Below, piece after piece: positions 1-9,558 of a stretch of DNA of 20,000 bases. The notes beneath the pieces were generated by a model that made no database searches, was not told the origin of the DNA, and saw only the letters and a program-made list of their open reading frames with translations. The DNA is taken from contig NC_057753.1 of assembly GCF_004010195.1 (NCBI RefSeq), forward strand, positions 5,758,446 through 5,778,445. Direction: 5' to 3'. Made by a program: the position numbers and the translations under genes. The stretch comes from Chiloscyllium plagiosum. Taxonomy: Eukaryota. Position 1 is the first letter of the stretch, and each line of letters opens with the position of its first letter.

Positions 1-875
1 ATATTTCAGCCCATTCCTTAACTCGACTCTGATTTTCCTTTGGGTCCCAGCATAAATGAATGGATTGATACAGGAAGTCAAGAAGACAAGCATGTATCCG
101 GTTTCTTCAAGAAGGAATGATTTTTCACTTAAATCGGATCCTGAGAAGTAAGCAACCTTCGCAACTCGGACATAGATAATCGTTATTACAAATAACAAAT
201 AGAACAGGATAAAAGTGCCGGAGATGGTGAAAAGTAAAACAATTGATTTTCTTCGCTTTTCCATTTCGGGATCACCATGATTCATCCTGTTGTTGTGGCC
301 CCGCAGTCTCCTGCGGGCTCTGTTAGCCAATACAATGTGTCTGACGGTCAGAATATTCAGCAGTAAAATCAGAATAAAGGGGAGACAAGGGTTTACAATG
401 GGCCGCACCCAGTCATACACAGTCCAAGCTGGTGAAGTGTAAAATATTAATCTTACACTGCAAAACCAAGGTATTCTGTTAACTATGTACATGGGTTCGT
501 ATACAAAATATCCAAAGGCATTTTTTAAACAGGTCAGTGCAGATACAATTCCGATCACACGCACTGCCACCTTCTCTGTGCAATATTTTGTTTTTAGATT
601 CTGGCAACAAATAGTCACAAATCTATCAAAGGTGAAAGCCACTGTGAACCAGGCAGAGCTGTCAATAGCTGCATAATTAAAGACCAAGCGGAGGATGCAT
701 CCTGGGGTGATAAACAGGAAGCTGTATGGGAAATAAATCCCAGCAATCCGGTTTAATATTACAGCAGTGAATATGACCATGAGATCCGTTATTGCCATGG
801 ACACCAGGTAGTACGTAATAAATGCAGGCAGACCACATCTTCTTCAGCACAGGATGACAATCACTGCCAGATTAC
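1..875 (-). pseudogene. GPR139/GPR142-like class A GPCR, copy A, exon 2 (3' end off-window), in-frame stop at 844-846
   Basis: Manual translation after the acceptor tgtattccAG (877-876) gives (G)NLAVIVILC*RRCGLPAFITYYLVSMAITDL...WFTVAFTFDRFVTICC...PWFC...PCLPF...SCINPFIY. This has GN (TM1), the TM2 Asp, DRF, the ECL2 Cys and NPxxY. The TGA aligns with CGA (Arg) in copy B. No other stop or frameshift seen. Confidence 0.9.
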
Positions 876-1048
876 CTGGAATACAGACAGCAAGAGAGAC
901 AGACTGTCTGACATTTAGAATGTATGTGTGTGAGACACTGGGCAAAAAATCGAGTTACATATTTAACACCAAAATGAAATCATACATTTTAACGATACTG
1001 TGTATGTGTTTGTGATGTGATCTTGATTTTTGCAGCAGTGATATTCAT
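876..1048. repeat. Intron 3' end homologous to 19690-19844
   Basis: Shared blocks gtctgacat, gagacactg, gttacat, aatcata, tgtgatcttgattttt and cagcagtgata occur in the same order, with many substitutions and indels. Confidence 0.85.
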
Positions 1049-1319
1049 GTATGTCAATGACAATTGAATGGACAAATGACAAATATTGAAAGACAAAGAA
1101 AAAATTGTAAACTCATTGAAAATAACACAAATTCAAATACAAAAGAAATAGTCAGATGAGATCACATAATTAATGAAAATGTTAACGTGTTTGTATGTCA
1201 AAACATTCGGTATGGAGAATATCAACCCCGTGGTCAATGTCTCAGAAGTGATCAAAAGTGGCTGCATCAAATGAATCGCTGTAAAAGTATTCACACTGGG
1301 CAACGTTGGCATTCAATTT

Positions 1320-1555
1320 CCTCGGCATTACTGTGTTTTTCCTTCAGCTACTCCAATTTACTCCCACAATCCAAGGACATGTAGGAGAAGTGGATTGGCC
1401 ATGCTAATTTGCCTGTATTGTCCAGGAATATGCAGGCGGGATGGATATCCATGGCAAATGTGAAGTTACAGGAATAGCTACGGGATGGGACGGGGTGGGA
1501 TAGTTCTTTACACACTTAATAGATAAATGGCTTCTTTCCGCATTGTTTGGATTGA
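1320..1555 (+). mobile_element. Diverged HE1/V-SINE-type SINE fragment
   Basis: ctcccacaatccaaggacatgt...tggattggccatgctaatttgcc aligns with the better-preserved copy at 8019-8234 (ttcccacagtccaaagatgt...gaattggctgtgctaaattgcc). Confidence 0.7.
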
Positions 1556-2989
1556 TTGAATCTATGAATATGTACAAACAGAATTAAGTGAATGACATTT
1601 AAGTTTGTCCAAAAATGCAGAGAATATCGGCATTCAGAAAACCAACAAAATACTGAGATTTTCTCCTAATAACTTGACATTATTGGGGTCAATCTGGACC
1701 ATTGGACATGACAGATGTTGCAGTCTAATTCTGATATATCCACTTCCACGATGTAATGCTTGCTTGGTGGGGCACTGCGTGGTACAAATAAATGATCAAC
1801 TTCATTCTGTTATGAATATTTGAAACAGAGACCATGCAAGATGTATTTCCAGCTTGAAAACATATTTAATGCAGTGAAACGGTAAAAAGATATGAACAAT
1901 GTGAAATAATGTCCAATTCTAAGACGAGAAGATAATCTCAGTTCAGCAGTAGGAATTTCAGAATCTTCAGTGATAGTGCATGTGGAAGAGGACAGATGGG
2001 TTGAAACAGTGACAATTAGAGACTGAGGAGAGAAATATTGTGCTGTGAGGTCCAGCCAAACACGAACCAGACATTGTAAGCAACTGGCCACAATACATAT
2101 ACATATCTGTTCATCTTTCAATGCTTAATGATGCACCTGCAACAAATTTTTCCGGAAACTGATTGAGATAGCTCGACATACAATGAAAGATGACATTTAA
2201 CCTATTCACCTCCATTATGAACGGACATTACGTGGGCAACAAGGAAATGGAATGAGACCCAAATATGGAACTTCTGGTCAACGAGCAAAACTGCTACTGA
2301 CAATGGTTCAAGACCCATCAGATGGAGAGAATTTTCTTGTTTCAAACAAATGGTTCAGTGACAAATTTGACATTTTCTGTGGCACCGTTGAAATCAATGC
2401 TGTAATAGATCTACATTCACACCGTGATATCATTGCAAAGATTCACACATAGTTGACTTGCCAACATTAAGGGTTTTTCAATGTGCATTGGATAAACGCA
2501 TGGATGAAAATGTTAGCTAAGAAGGCCTTCAGACTGATTCCACAGGTTCAACATCGGAGACCGAACAGCCTGTACCAAGTTGTATTGTTCAATGTTCTGT
2601 GTGACAATGGATATAACACCATGGATCCACATCAGTATGTTCATTACGGTACAGTCATTCGCGACAAGGACTGTGTGAAACATACAATAGCCCTTCATTT
2701 ACACAGAAATAATCATTTGGTAGGCACTTTTAGGTGCAACACTGACACCATTTGCAACACAGCTTTAATCGTGTCTGAGAATGTATCTCCAGGAATATTG
2801 CCAATGCCACAATGGAACTAGGCTTACATCAAAATAGTTTAGCTTAATTCGGCAAGGGGAGGGGGCACAGACTGTTAGCAGAGGCACTGCATTGTGCAGT
2901 AAACAATCATGTCAATGAGAGTGCAGCGATGTCAATTTGTAAGGTGCTGAAGGATGGCCTTCACTTTAATTCTGGGTGTGTCCCAGATA

Positions 2990-4700
2990 AACGGATGACC
3001 GAAGGCCATGAAAGTATGAGATAATAACCATACAAAAGATGTGTTTGAGCAGGAATCGTGTTGGTAACTTAACATTCCAGGATATTAAATGTCCAGGCGA
3101 GAGCTAATGGGGGAAAAGAGGAGGAGTTATTGCATTGTTATTTAAGGAGTCAATTAGTGCAATAATGAGAGATGATATCTTGGAAGGTAATTTGTTGCTT
3201 TCTCGATACAGCATAGGAATAAACAAAAAGGTCAACTACATTGTGAGATGCTTATTATAGACTTCCAGAGTGCCAGCAGGAAACTGAGGAGCAAAGTTTT
3301 ACCCAATTCATGGAGGTGTGTAAAGACAAAATCAAAATGGGCAGTGATTTCAACTTGTCCATCATTAACTGTTATAGACACAGTGTTAAGGAATTCGATG
3401 GAGTGGATATCTTAAAATATGTTGACAAGCCATTTCAGGACAATGTCCACAGACTACAACAAGGTACAAAGTTGTTCTGGGCCTAATTCTGGGGAATGAA
3501 GCCGGATAGGTAATGCAGGTGGTGATGGGGGAAGGCTGGTTGGGAGCATTTTCGTGACAGCGATCAAAACATGGTATAAATTCAGCTTCTTATGAACAAA
3601 GAGAAATAGACAAGTTACAAAAAGGAAGGTTTGGTTTGGGAGAGAGCAGCGCTTAGTTTAATAAGGCAGGGTATGGCCAAGGAAGCTGGCAGAGAAGAGC
3701 AGTGTGGCCAGTTCTTAAAGGAAATTGGGAGATAGAAGCCATGTTTTTTCTAGTATGATAGGAAGACTGACAAATCTGGAGACATGCAGATGACCAAGGA
3801 TATGCAGGGTACAAAATGAAGGAAAAGAGAGGCTTTTAACAGGTACATGGGACCAAATCAATGAAGGCAATAGTGGAGTGTGGAGTGTGCAGAATGGAGC
3901 TTGAGAAAGCAATTAGGTAAACAAAGAGGATATATGAGAAGGTTTTGGCTGGTAAAAGTAGGGCAAGTTTCGAAATAGACTGTAAGTATATCAGTGAAAA
4001 GGGTATGACCAGGGAAAGTGTAAGGACCAATAGGGAAGAAGGGAGCAAATTGTGTGTGGAGCAGGAGGACTTGTGGAGGGTTTAAACAAATACAGTGCAT
4101 CCATCTTCAGTCAAGAGACTTAGGAACTCGGAGGAGTCACTGACAGGTTCTTGGACAGTTAGGAAATGTTTATAGGTTGAAAGGTGGACAACTCATCAAG
4201 TCCAGATGAGGTGTGTCCCAGGCTACTGTGAGAGTCAAGGGAAGAGCTTGCAGGGGCTCTGACCCGAATGTTTAATTCGCCTCGGGGCACGAGAGAGATT
4301 CCAGAAAATTGGAGGACAGGTGATGTGTTTTCAATAATTAAGAAGGGTTGTTATGAAAAGAACCAGAGAATGCAGACCAGTGATTCTCGCATCAGTGGCA
4401 GGGAAATACTTGGAGAAACGTCTGAAGAAGAACATGTATCTTTACAGGGACTGGCAAGGCTGAAGTAGGTGAGGCAGCATGGCTTCGGCTGAGGGAGGTC
4501 ATGCCTTTCCAATTTCATCGTTTCTTTCTGAGGAGATGACCAGGTGTGCATCTAAGGGTAGTGCAGTTGATGTCGTTTTTATGGATTACAACAACGGTTT
4601 TGATAATGTCCCACATAGGAGACTTATCAAGAAGGCCAATGCACATGGGATCCCAGGTAGTTTGATCACGTAGATTCAGAATTGGCTCAGTTGCAGGAGA
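2990..4700 (+). mobile_element. Degenerate CR1 LINE ORF2 (endonuclease to RT N-terminal part)
   Basis: Remnant motifs: LNIPGY and GKRGG near 3070-3130, IPENWR in ORF 4268-4468, and VDVVFMDYNNGFDNVPHRRL (CR1 consensus VDVVYMDFSKAFDKVPH) in ORF 4479-4673. Many stops. Confidence 0.85.
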
Positions 4701-5100
4701 CTAGTCAACAAGTTAGCTCTCATGGGATCCAGGGACAGCTCGCTAATTGGATTCAAAATTGGTTCGATAGTAGGAAGCAAATGGCGAATGGTTGAGGATT
4801 GTTTTATGCACTGGAGGCCTGAGACTAGTCTTGAGCCACAGGGGTAAGGGGTGGGATATTTGTTCTTTGCTATTTATGTAAATATTTTGGATTCAATGGA
4901 GTAAGTTTGAGGATAATACAAGATTAGGAAGCCTTGTTGACTGCAAGAAAGGCTATCAAGAAGTACACCGGGATCTTGGTCAGATGGGGACGTGGGCTGG
5001 CAATTGGCAAAGAGAAAGCAGGATTGTAAAACGGGAAGTGTTGCATATTGGAAAATCAAACCAAGATAGAACGTATACACTAATGGACCGGGTCCTGAGG
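4701..5100 (+). mobile_element. Second CR1 RT fragment
   Basis: Repeats the HGIQG...WIQNW segment (catgggatccaggg...tggattcaaaattgg) already present at 4644-4690, then continues through PQG and VLH-like RT remnants. Confidence 0.7.
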
Positions 5101-5109
5101 AACAAGAGG

Positions 5110-5218
5110 AAGTGAGGACTGCAGATGCTGGAGATCAGAGTCAAAAGTGTGATGCTGGGAAAGCTCAGCTGGTCAGGCAGCATCCGAGCAGCAGGATAGT
5201 CGACGTTTTGAAAATAAG
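5110..5218 (-). mobile_element. Short Penelope-type repeat, relative of 6640-6769, hammerhead core decayed
   Basis: The reverse complement aligns with 6663-6757 (ctgcagatgctgga, gctgg, caggcagcatcc, tcgacgttt). The CTGATGA half is missing. Confidence 0.75.
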
Positions 5219-5526
5219 TGCTTGAGAAGACCATGAACCAAAATATACTACAAGTACATATACCCTGAATTCTGAGTGAATGAAGTCATCACATTGAATG
5301 AATTATAACGTAAATAGACGCGTTAAGACATTGAAAGCATAAAAACAATCTTCTGAAGGCAAATACAGCAGTCAAATGAAGTGAACGGACTGCAGAAGCA
5401 GAATAATGCATCACAGGAAATGGGACAAAGAGTATAGACATTTTGAAGATGCACGACTGTTAAAGATGAATAATCGATGCAGCTAACCAGTGATTCCAGC
5501 AGCTAGTAACTTACTACAATAATTAC

Positions 5527-5596
5527 CTGGAAGGCCAATAGCTGCAAGGACGGGGTAGTAAATGGCAAACACCAGCCCTCTTGGTATTCCATGCAT
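5527..5596 (-). CDS. GPCR copy A coding exon 1 (MHGIPRGLVFAIYYPVLAAIGLP + G)
   Basis: ATG at 5596 with a purine at -3, 23 codons plus 1 nt, and a hydrophobic YYP-x5-G-x-P first half of TM1. It ends at a GTAATT donor whose phase matches exon 2. Confidence 0.88.
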
Positions 5597-5647
5597 TTCT
5601 AAGAGATGCTCTGACCGTGTCCAACACAACATTGAAAACTTGACAAA

Positions 5648-5653
5648 TTTATA
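5648..5653 (-). promoter_or_regulatory. Candidate TATA box (TATAAA)
   Basis: TATAAA on the gene strand about 50 nt upstream of the exon 1 ATG. Confidence 0.55.
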
Positions 5654-5704
5654 CAATTTTTCAGGCACCAGGGAGCTAATTCAACTGTTTTGTTTTCACA
5701 GTAA

Positions 5705-5709
5705 CCAAT
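5705..5709 (+). promoter_or_regulatory. Candidate CCAAT box (reverse orientation to the gene)
   Basis: AACCAAT about 55 bp upstream of the TATA candidate. Short motif, supported only by position. Confidence 0.3.
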
Positions 5710-5820
5710 TAACTGTGAGGAAAGAGCTGCATCAACTGTTGCTCAGCTGGTCCTTATGTTTTGATGGAATAGAATCTGCCGTTTTTTTCCTGTGAAATCG
5801 GAGATGTTTCTAAAATAAAA

Positions 5821-5836
5821 TGTATGACGTCATACA
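5821..5836. promoter_or_regulatory. Full CRE (TGACGTCA) inside a perfect 16-bp palindrome
   Basis: TGTATGACGTCATACA is its own reverse complement and lies about 170 bp upstream of the TATA candidate. Confidence 0.55.
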
Positions 5837-6636
5837 ATTTGTATTTCCTTGTTTTATGAAAAATGAACTGGATGTTTCGATACAGGAACCAGACGAAATC
5901 AATGGGATTAACCACTGACTTCAGTGCAGAATGCACCATTTCTCTTGAAGAATGCAAGGAAGTTCTCGCACACTGCTCTCCGAGAGTGTGATCACCAATC
6001 TGGCACAATACGTTCCCGAATCTCTGTGTGAGTAACGCAGACATTTGGAGAAGCACTGAGAGTGTCAAGAGAGCAGAATGTACTCTGTCTGGGGGATTTC
6101 GGTTTTGGTCTTGAAGAGTGGCTCAGTAGCAGCATTAATTTTGAACTAGTTGGGTCCTAACGTACGTGGCTGCAAGACCGATTCGCGGCTTGTGGGAGTG
6201 AAACAACCGGCGGGAAATGCATATTCAGCCCCATCCTTGCCAGCTGAAGATGCATTCTCATAACAGTATTGGTAAGTGTGACCACCGCACAGTCCTTGTG
6301 AAGGCGAAGTTGTGCCTTCACATTGAGAATGTTTTCCATGGTGTTGTTTGGTACTATCGTCGTTGTAGTTTGGACAAGACGTGAACAGATTCAACAACTT
6401 AATTCTGAGTACCCCAAAAGCACTGTGAGCATCAATAGCGGTAGCTTTGCACTCCAGCACCATCTTCAAAATCATGACACACCATGTTCCCAGTCAACCA
6501 TTACAAATCAGTCCAGTTCAATGGAGAGCCCAGGAGGGCATTTTAGGAGCAGCAGCAAGGATATATAACAGTGAGGTATCTACTTGGTTGAGCTGCCGAG
6601 CAAGAAATTTGGTCAACATGGACCAGTTTGGGCGAA

Positions 6637-6676
6637 ACATTCCTGATGAAGGGCTTTTGCCCGAAACGTCGATTTC
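6637..6676 (+). ncRNA. Minimal type I hammerhead ribozyme motif
   Basis: CTGATGA (6643-6649), extra A, stem II GGGC-TTTT-GCCC (6651-6662), GAAA (6663-6666), C-GTC with predicted cleavage after 6670. Stem III is the short palindromic ACGT. Stem I is weak. Confidence 0.7.
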
Positions 6677-6769
6677 GAAGCTCCTTGGATGCTGCCTGAA
6701 CTGCTGTGCTCTTCCAGCACCACGAATCCAGAGTCTGGTTTCCAGCATCTGCAGTCATTGTTTTTACCA
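6640..6769 (+). mobile_element. 130-bp non-autonomous Penelope-type element with a hammerhead motif
   Basis: Flanked by CGAAACA (6633-6639) and CCAAACA (6770-6776), a candidate 7-bp TSD with one mismatch. Homologous to 5110-5218. Confidence 0.7.
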
Positions 6770-7600
6770 CCAAACAGCCTGTTCCCGAGCTGTAGGATTC
6801 TATAACACAATGACTCCATGACCACTTGACTATGAAAGTAACACAAGCAGGAAATGACACTCACACCAAAACAAGCCTTCAACCAACAATCTAAACTCTG
6901 CAGTGCTGTCACATCCAGTCACGAAAGGCGGTGGAGACCTCGAGGAAGAGGCTCCACCATTATTCCCGTCCTCAATGAAGGGGGAGGACAATACATCAGC
7001 GCTAAAAAATAAACCTGAAGCTTTCGCAGCCACATTCAGCCAGATAGACAAAAGTAGATGACCTATCTTCCCCTTTCCCCAGTGCTCGCCAGTAATTTCA
7101 TGTCACTCCACATGGTATCAAGAAACGATTGGAGGCACTAGATAATGCAAAGGCTATGGAAGTGACAGCATCCGAAAATACTACTAAAGTCATGCGCTAC
7201 CAAACCTGGTGCTCTCTAAGACAAGCACTTGCATTACCGTTACAACACTGACTAATACCTGCCAGTGGGAAAATTTATTCAGGTATGCCCTGTGCAGAAA
7301 AAGCGGGAGAAATTCAACAATGACAATCACATGATCAGTAAACTGCCAGGAATCAATAAAGTAATGGAAGGTGTCATCAACAGCAGCAAAAACGATAAGC
7401 TGCACCTGCTCCGCAATAACATGCAGTTTGATTTGCACCAGGGCCACTTTGTTCCTGTCCTCATTACAGCCTTGGTTCAATCATAGACAACAGCGCTGAA
7501 TTCCAAGGTTGAGGCAAAAGTCATCGCCCTTGATATCAAGGCCTCATTCGTCAAAGTGTCTTCAAGAAACTCGAGCAAAACTGGAATCAGTGCGCATCAG

Positions 7601-8018
7601 TGAGATCCTGCCGATAATGGTGGTGTAATCAGTGATCTTGCAGATGCGGGTAGCACAGAATGAGACCACACTGTCCTTAAGATAGAGGCAGAGGAGCAAA
7701 GGTCTGAGTACGCAGCATTGTGGGGTGCCGGTGTTGAGGATCATTGTGCAGGAAGTGTAGGTGCCCATTCTCACTGATTGCTGTCTGTGGTCAGGAAGTC
7801 AAGGATCCAGTTGTAGAGAGTGGAGGAGAGACCTCGGTGCGAGAGGGTGGAGAATAGTTCCATTGAAATTATGGTGTTGAATGCGGAACTTTAGTCAATA
7901 GGTAGGAGACTGCTGTAGGTATCCTTGTTATTCAGACATGAATGTAGGGCCAGGGGGATAACATCTGTTGATTGGAACTGTTGCAATGGTAGGTTATTTG
8001 CAAGGGATTAAGGCAGCA
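7601..8018 (-). mobile_element. Rex1/Babar-type LINE RT fragment
   Basis: ORF 7562-7774 contains ILNTGTPQCCVLRPLL...CKITDYTTIIGRIS, a decayed form of LNTGAPQGCVLSPLL...KFADDTTVVGLIS. Upstream plus-strand gtgttgaatgcggaact encodes SSAFNT on the minus strand. Confidence 0.8.
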
Positions 8019-8234
8019 GATTCTCCCCGAGTCTGAGTGGCTTTCCTCCGGGTGCTCCGGTTTCTTCCCACAGTCCAAAGATGTGCAGGTTAAATGAATT
8101 GGCTGTGCTAAATTGCCCGTAGAGTTAGGTGAATCGGTTAATGTAGAGGGGTGGGTTACTCTTCGAAGGGTCGGTGTGGACTTGTTCGGCCGAAGGGCCT
8201 GTTTCCACACCGTAAGTAATGTAATCTAATCTAA
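8019..8234 (+). mobile_element. 5'-truncated HE1-type (V-SINE) SINE
   Basis: V-domain-like ttcctccgggtgctccggtttcttcccacagtccaaaga, CR1-like tail ggccgaagggcctgtttccacac, and terminal (AATCT)n. Confidence 0.88.
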
Positions 8235-8299
8235 ATAATGTTAAGGATATGTTAGGACGTAAGGACCACAATTCAATTGTTAACACTGCAAGGATAGTG

Positions 8300-9558
8300 T
8301 GAGGAAATTTGGGGGTCGACAAATAGATAGGTTCCCAGATCCTGATGGAATACCTATCAGGGTATTGAAAGAAGTGGCATGAATAGATGCGTTAGTCATA
8401 ACTTACTAAATTTCACTTGACTATGGACAGGTCCCAGTGGACTGGAAGACAGCGAATGCCATGCTGCTGTTTGAAAAGGGGTGTAAGCCAAAGGCTTGTA
8501 ATGATCGGCCAGTCATCGTAACATCAGTAGTTGGGAAAATGCTGGTGTTTATCATTAAAGAGGAAATACTGAGACATCTGGAAGGAAAGAGTTCCATCGG
8601 GCAGGTGCAACATGGATTCAGGAAGGGGAGGTCGAGTTTGACAAATGCACTTTTGAAGATGTAACAAGTGCGGTGGATGGAGGGGAACAGGTGGATGTTG
8701 TGTACGAGGTTTTCTAGAAAATTCTCGAGAAGGTTCTGCATAGAAGGCTCATCTATAAATTTAAAATGCATGGAGTTGTGGAGAGTGCACTAGAATGGAT
8801 AGACAACTGGTTAACCAATAGAAAGTAGAGAATTGGAAGAAATGGGTGTTTCTCTGGTTGGAGAACAGTGATGATTAGGGTGATGCAGGGGTCGGCTTTG
8901 GGCCTGCAACCGTTCATGGAAGAGATAAGTGATTCAGAAGAGGACCCCGAGTGTGATGTATCCAAATTTGCTGATGAAACTAAGTTGAGTGGAAAAGCAA
9001 ACTGCGCAGAGAGATTTAGATAGGTTAAGTGAGTAGTCAAAGGTCTAGCAGATGGAGTACAATGTTGGTAAATATGAGGTTGTCCATTTTGGAAGTAAAC
9101 GTAGCAGGGAAAGGTATTATTTAAATTGTGAAAGGTTGCTGCATGCTGCTGTGCAGAGGAACTCAGTAATGCTCGTAAATGAGTTGCTTAAAGTTGATTT
9201 ACAGGGTCTGCAGGTGATCAGGAAAGCAAATGGAACATTGGCTTTCATTGCTGGAGAGATTGTATTTAAGAGCAGGAAGGTGCTGCTGCCAACATCGAAG
9301 GTGGTTTTGCGGCCTCATCTGGTGTACTGTGCGCAGTTCTGGGCTCCTTACTTGAGGAAGGATATACTGGCTTTGGAGGTGGTGCAGAGAAGGTTCACCA
9401 GATTGATGATGGAGATGAGGTGGTTACCTATGAAGAGAAGTTGAGCTGCTTGGGACCGCCCTCACTAGAATTTGGAAAACTGAGAGGAGATCTTATAGAA
9501 ATATGTAAAATGATGAAAGGGATAGATAAGATTGAGGCAGGCAAACTGTTTCCCCTGG
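8300..9558 (+). mobile_element. CR1 LINE RT region, degenerate
   Basis: DWKTANA...RPV...TSVVGKML...QHGFRKGRS (8437-8664), KFADETK at about 8964-8984, and YNVGKYEVVHFG...VLRPHLVYCAQFWAPYLRKDILALEVVQRRFTR (9052-9444). Confidence 0.92.

Larger units (their letters stand above)
876..5526 (-). other. Phase-1 GT-AG intron of GPCR copy A (4651 bp)
   Basis: Donor CCAG|GTAATT at 5526 and acceptor ctgtctgtattccAG at 876. Joining gives G+GT = Gly and a continuous TM1, ...AAIGLPGNLAVIVIL. Confidence 0.85.
6575..6825 (+). mobile_element. CR1/HE1-type 3' tail fragment split by the 6640-6769 insertion
   Basis: ggtcaacatggaccagtttgggc / caaacagcctgttcccgagctgtaggattctat...atgactccatgac resembles the CR1 3' end and the SINE tail at 8170-8215. 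Confidence 0.6.
6150..7600 (+). mobile_element. Degenerate CR1-clade LINE ORF2 of a second family, interrupted at about 6575-6825
   Basis: IGKCDHRTVLV (end of the endonuclease, SDH-like) at about 6268-6300, IQVCPVQKK...ISKLPGINKVMEGVIN in ORF 7265-7486, and ALDIKASF (LDxxKAFD-like) at about 7526-7550. Confidence 0.75.

Noticed and set aside
485..676. Plus-strand ORF, similar to ORF 19294-19527
   Set aside because: Antisense shadow of the duplicated GPCR exon. The similarity follows from the duplication.
1810..2821. Cluster of 60-112 aa ORFs in the intron
   Set aside because: No recognisable motifs, both strands involved, and lengths compatible with chance.
5597..5668. N-terminal extension of ORF 5483-5668
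   Set aside because: It starts at a GTG upstream of the TATA candidate. The ATG at 5596 and the donor at 5526 explain the real exon.
8971..8995. CTGATGA...GAAA as a second hammerhead
   Set aside because: It is the CR1 RT KFADET codon block and there is no stem II.
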